NCBI GenBank assembly: GCA_049414405.1 | Contig: JBMSAQ010000033.1 | Span: 1 to 8,463 of the forward strand | DNA length: 8,463 nt | Source of the DNA: Candidatus Nanopusillus sp. | GTDB lineage: Archaea; Nanobdellota; Nanobdellia; Nanobdellales; Nanobdellaceae | Direction of reading: 5' to 3' | In this document: piece after piece, positions 6,363 through 8,463 of the stretch | Layout of the letters: each line of letters opens with the position of its first letter | Position numbering within the stretch: the first letter of the stretch is position 1 | Translations under genes and position numbers: made by a program | The notes under the pieces: generated by a model | The model's database searches: none | What the model saw: the letters and a program-made list of their open reading frames with translations, nothing else | What the model was told of the DNA's origin: nothing

Positions 6363-6824
6363 ATGACTACTTCAGAAGAATTTTTTAGGGAATTTTCATG
6401 GATTGATGAATTTATTTTAATTATACTCTATCTGAATGATAGAAAATTATCAAAACAAAAACTTAAGGAATTATTTTACTTTATCTATAAAGATCTAAAA
6501 GATAAAAATTTTTATGGATATTTAGAATTCTATATTAGTTTAAATACAAAAGAAATTTTAATATTTGAATCAAGTAGTGAAGCAGAATTGGATGATATAC
6601 TTTATAATTTATATTCAGAAACAGATCTTATAGATATAGATATTTTTGCAGATAATAGCATTATTTATCTTACAGATAAAGGTTATGACGTTGTAAAAGT
6701 TATTGTTAATGATCCTAAATATAAAGATGATATAAATCTTATTATGAAGATTATAAATCAATATAAAAATTTATCAGAAAAAGAATTATTTGCTTTGATA
6801 TTAGAAGATCTAAAATATAAATAA
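6363..6824 (+). CDS. Hypothetical acidic protein, possibly with a winged-helix domain
   Basis: This is a 153-aa ORF with a TATA box at the leaderless distance. The pattern IDEFILIILYLNDRKLSKQKLKELFYFIY ... SIIYLTDKGYDVVKVI resembles a helix-turn-helix plus wing (y.LT.KG). The call is by eye only and the family is unknown. Confidence 0.6.
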   Translation: MTTSEEFFREFSWIDEFILIILYLNDRKLSKQKLKELFYFIYKDLKDKNFYGYLEFYISLNTKEILIFESSSEAELDDILYNLYSETDLIDIDIFADNSIIYLTDKGYDVVKVIVNDPKYKDDINLIMKIINQYKNLSEKELFALILEDLKYK

Positions 6825-6865
6825 AATTATATATTTTCTTATAGTTATAATTTATAATTTATTAC

Positions 6866-6872
6866 TTTTTTT
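6866..6872 (+). terminator. T7 terminator candidate after the 153-aa gene
   Basis: acTTTTTTTaaaa lies 42 nt after the TAA at 6822-6824 and immediately upstream of the next promoter. Confidence 0.5.
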
Positions 6873-6883
6873 AAAATTTATAA
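6873..6883 (+). promoter_or_regulatory. BRE/TATA core promoter (AAAA-TTTATAA) of the 157-aa gene, leaderless spacing
   Basis: TTTATAA at 6877-6883 lies at -29..-23 relative to the A of the ATG at 6906 and is preceded by an A-rich BRE-like tract. There is no SD motif. Confidence 0.6.
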
Positions 6884-6905
6884 GTATAAAATTATAATAA
6901 TAGTT

Positions 6906-7379
6906 ATGGACCCTAAAATAAAGTTATTAATAGAATTAAAAGAAGATATAAAAAAATTTGAATCAGATCTTGGATTTTTAGGAGGAATTGCAGCAGGAGC
7001 TATAGAAGATTTAAAAAATAAAGTCTACAAAAGAGATGAGGATCTTTATGAAGTACTTAACTCTTTAAATAATATCGAACGTAGACTTACTATTACACTT
7101 GCATCAATGATTAAAAAAGCAAGTATATTGGCTTATTATAATTCTACGATGGGGGAATTAGTTCATCTTCTTAATAAATTAGGACCGTATCTTAATTATA
7201 TAAATAAAGCTATATCAAAAGCAATAGTTAGCTATAGAAATAATCCAACTTATGGTATAAGAAATGTATATAGTGCTTTAAGAGAAATTCAAAACTATGC
7301 AGTAGCTATGATGGAAGAAGTAGAAAAAATTATACGTGAGTATATAAATAAATATATAAGTTTCTATTTATTATCATGA
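6906..7379 (+). CDS. Hypothetical all-helical protein (paralog A)
   Basis: This is a 157-aa ORF with its own promoter and terminator. Heptad-like, helix-favouring composition runs throughout. It shows weak but colinear similarity to the next gene. Confidence 0.65.
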   Translation: MDPKIKLLIELKEDIKKFESDLGFLGGIAAGAIEDLKNKVYKRDEDLYEVLNSLNNIERRLTITLASMIKKASILAYYNSTMGELVHLLNKLGPYLNYINKAISKAIVSYRNNPTYGIRNVYSALREIQNYAVAMMEEVEKIIREYINKYISFYLLS

Positions 7380-7408
7380 CATAACAACCCCAAGGAATAA
7401 ACATTTAA

Positions 7409-7434
7409 TTTTTGCAATACTTTTATTACTTTTT
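7409..7434 (+). terminator. Oligo-T terminator candidates after the 157-aa gene
   Basis: T5 at 7409-7413, T4 at 7421-7424 and T5 at 7430-7434, lying 30-55 nt after the TGA at 7377-7379. Confidence 0.5.
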
Positions 7435-7490
7435 AAAAAAGAAAAAGCAGTATTATATAAATTATAAAGCTAAAAGTTTGAATATGTCAT

Positions 7491-7501
7491 AAATTTTATA
7501 A
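7491..7501 (+). promoter_or_regulatory. BRE/TATA core promoter (CATAAA-TTTTATAA) of the 145-aa gene, leaderless spacing
   Basis: TTTTATAA at 7494-7501 lies at -30..-23 relative to the ATG at 7524. It is nearly identical to the minus-strand promoter at 6333-6348 (CATAAATTTTTATA) and similar to the one at 6873-6883. Confidence 0.6.
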
Positions 7502-7523
7502 ATTTAAAAGTAGATGTTTTATT

Positions 7524-7961
7524 ATGATGTGGGGTTATCTAAATAAGATAGGATCTATTGAAGAAGAAGTTGAAGAAGCTAGAGAAGATTTAGAAGCATT
7601 ATATCTTATTATAGATTCAATTAAAAGAAGTATAGAAACTAGAAATTATACAAAGGAAGAACTTATAGAAAAGCTTTATAGGATACAAAGATATACAGAT
7701 ACATTAAGCTTATCTCTTAGATTGGTATATAGAAAGATACAAAAATATGATCCGATGAATATAGCTACATTAAATGTTATAGGTGGTCTTTTGAATGATA
7801 CTTTTAGGATAAGTATGGCTTTTGGAGAAATATTAAAATACTTTTGGAAAAATCCTGTACAAGACATAGAAAATCTATATAGAACTTCAGTATGGAGTTT
7901 AGAAATTTTAGAAAAAGCTAGAAGGGATTTGGCTATGATTATAGGAAAAAGAATATTATAA
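7524..7961 (+). CDS. Hypothetical all-helical protein (paralog B)
   Basis: This is a 145-aa ORF. The promoter spacing favours the first ATG (7524) over the second (7527). It is colinear with the 157-aa protein (see findings). Confidence 0.65.
   Translation: MMWGYLNKIGSIEEEVEEAREDLEALYLIIDSIKRSIETRNYTKEELIEKLYRIQRYTDTLSLSLRLVYRKIQKYDPMNIATLNVIGGLLNDTFRISMAFGEILKYFWKNPVQDIENLYRTSVWSLEILEKARRDLAMIIGKRIL
7946..7950 (-). terminator. T5 (minus strand) terminator candidate for the methyltransferase gene
   Basis: A5 on the + strand at 7946-7950 lies 13 nt downstream of the minus-strand stop (7963-7965) and inside the 145-aa gene. Confidence 0.3.
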
Positions 7962-7962
7962 A

Positions 7963-8463
7963 TTAATAATTAGATACAAAAATAAGAGTCCACGTTTTCT
8001 TTTTTTCGCCTTTTTTCTTTTCCATAGATTTTTTCTTTTCTAATTTTTCAATTTTATAGTTTTTTAATATATCTTTAATAAGATTAAAAGCTTTATCATC
8101 AACTTTTAACAAAAATTTTCCTTTAATTTTTGTTAATATGTTTGCCATATCTCTGATATCTTTAATAGTAAATGTAATCCCATAATAATTATCAGATCTA
8201 TCTGGATAAGGAGGGTCTAAATAAAAAACTGTTTTTTCACTATCATATAATTGAATAACTTTTCTAAAATCTAAATTTTCGATTATTATATCCTGCCAAT
8301 TTTTTGTAAAATCTAAAATAGCCCTTATTTTTTTTCTAAAGGCTCTTGCATCATTTCTTTTTGGATTAATTACACAACTAAATCCTTTTTTAGGTCCACC
8401 CATAAAAGATGTGTTTACTAAATAGAAAAATAAAGCTGCAGCTTCTAATTCACCTAAATTTCT
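7963..8463 (-). CDS. N6-adenine DNA methyltransferase, D12 class (Dam-like), 5'-partial (N-terminal AdoMet-binding half is off the window)
   Basis: The minus-strand frame is open beyond the track's Met at 8403 to the window edge (RNLGELEAAALFFYLVNTSFMGG...). The layout matches Dam-family proteins as I recall them: AALF.YL(N)...F.G, then ~55 aa, then (V)FYLDPPY (catalytic motif IV), then ~80 aa including a hydrophobic strand (GKFLLKVDD) and a basic tail. Confidence 0.85.
   Translation of the reverse strand, partial: RNLGELEAAALFFYLVNTSFMGGPKKGFSCVINPKRNDARAFRKKIRAILDFTKNWQDIIIENLDFRKVIQLYDSEKTVFYLDPPYPDRSDNYYGITFTIKDIRDMANILTKIKGKFLLKVDDKAFNLIKDILKNYKIEKLEKKKSMEKKKGEKKKTWTLIFVSNY
7995..8016 (+). 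terminator. Oligo-T terminator candidate for the 145-aa gene, embedded in the convergent methyltransferase gene
   Basis: T4 at 7995-7998, T7 at 8000-8006 and T6 at 8011-8016 on the + strand. These are the complement of the Lys-rich tail (EKKKSMEKKKGEKKK) of the minus-strand gene. Confidence 0.45.
8206..8217 (-). other. Catalytic DPPY motif (motif IV) of the N6-adenine methyltransferase
   Basis: The + strand ataaggagggtc has reverse complement gac cct cct tat, which encodes D-P-P-Y. Confidence 0.9.

Noticed and set aside
6845-6864. Tandem TTATAAT TTATAAT TTATTA repeat in the intergenic region
   Set aside because: There are only ~2.5 copies of a 7-mer built from A and T in very AT-rich spacer DNA. 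This is expected by chance or is simply additional TATA-like sequence, not a repeat element.
7380-7402. Relatively GC-rich island (cataacaaccccaaggaataaac) in the intergenic spacer, as a possible att site or tRNA fragment
   Set aside because: I found no match to tRNA T-arm or acceptor patterns and no second copy of the sequence in the window. One short island is insufficient evidence.
7429-7441. Near-palindrome CTTTTTAAAAAAG, together with the imperfect inverted repeat AATACT...AGTATT (about 7416-7454), as an operator or hairpin terminator
   Set aside because: It is imperfect and entirely A/T low-complexity. The T-runs are adequately explained as oligo-T terminators, and archaeal termination does not require hairpins.
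7676-7867. 63-aa minus-strand ORF inside the 145-aa gene
   Set aside because: It is an antisense shadow ORF. The + strand gene has the promoter, the terminator and a paralog supporting it.
6906-7961. Idea that the two ~150-aa helical paralogs are the paired major capsid proteins of a filamentous (lipothrixvirus/rudivirus-like) archaeal virus, or HEPN-domain toxins
   Set aside because: They show no resemblance to the rudiviral capsid protein sequence as I recall it. They also lack the basic N-terminal DNA-wrapping arm. No Rx4-6H HEPN motif is present in either protein. I kept them only as unassigned paralogs.
1-8463. Search for CRISPR repeats, tRNA/rRNA genes, transposase or integrase genes, or long direct or inverted repeats marking element boundaries
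   Set aside because: None was seen. Coding density is ~95% and the three intergenic spacers are short and AT-rich, holding only promoter and terminator signals. Element boundaries, if any, lie outside the window.

Overview
This is a very AT-rich window (roughly 25-30% G+C by eye) with an archaeal look. Monocistronic genes carry BRE/TATA-like boxes about 23-30 nt upstream of the ATG, so they are probably leaderless. There are no Shine-Dalgarno sites, and oligo-T tracts serve as terminators. Nearly all of the window is coding. (1) The first gene is a giant ORF (at least 1398 aa). Its reading frame is open to nt 2, so it is 5'-truncated by the window edge. It encodes two DUF2341-like plus ConA/LamG-like lectin modules, a roughly 570-aa beta-rich stalk packed with N-X-S/T sequons and lacking lysine, and a C-terminal domain of about 7 TM helices. 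(2) A 3-TM protein and (3) a 444-aa P-loop NTPase (AAA+/Zot-like) follow with tight start/stop coupling. Downstream lie a convergent small membrane protein, three small leaderless genes (two of them apparent paralogs) and a convergent, 5'-truncated Dam-like (D12 class) N6-adenine DNA methyltransferase. The surface domain is poor in charged residues and rich in Asn, Tyr, Thr and Ser, while the cytoplasmic proteins are rich in Lys, Glu and Ile. This contrast suggests a thermoacidophilic archaeon (Sulfolobales-like) or, more likely, a virus, plasmid or integrated element of such a host. The main lead is the coupled cassette of lectin/7-TM giant protein, 3-TM protein and NTPase. It may be an undescribed virion, vesicle or surface-apparatus morphogenesis module. 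I saw no rRNA, tRNA, CRISPR array, transposase or integrase in the window. All family assignments come from motif recognition by eye, not from searches.
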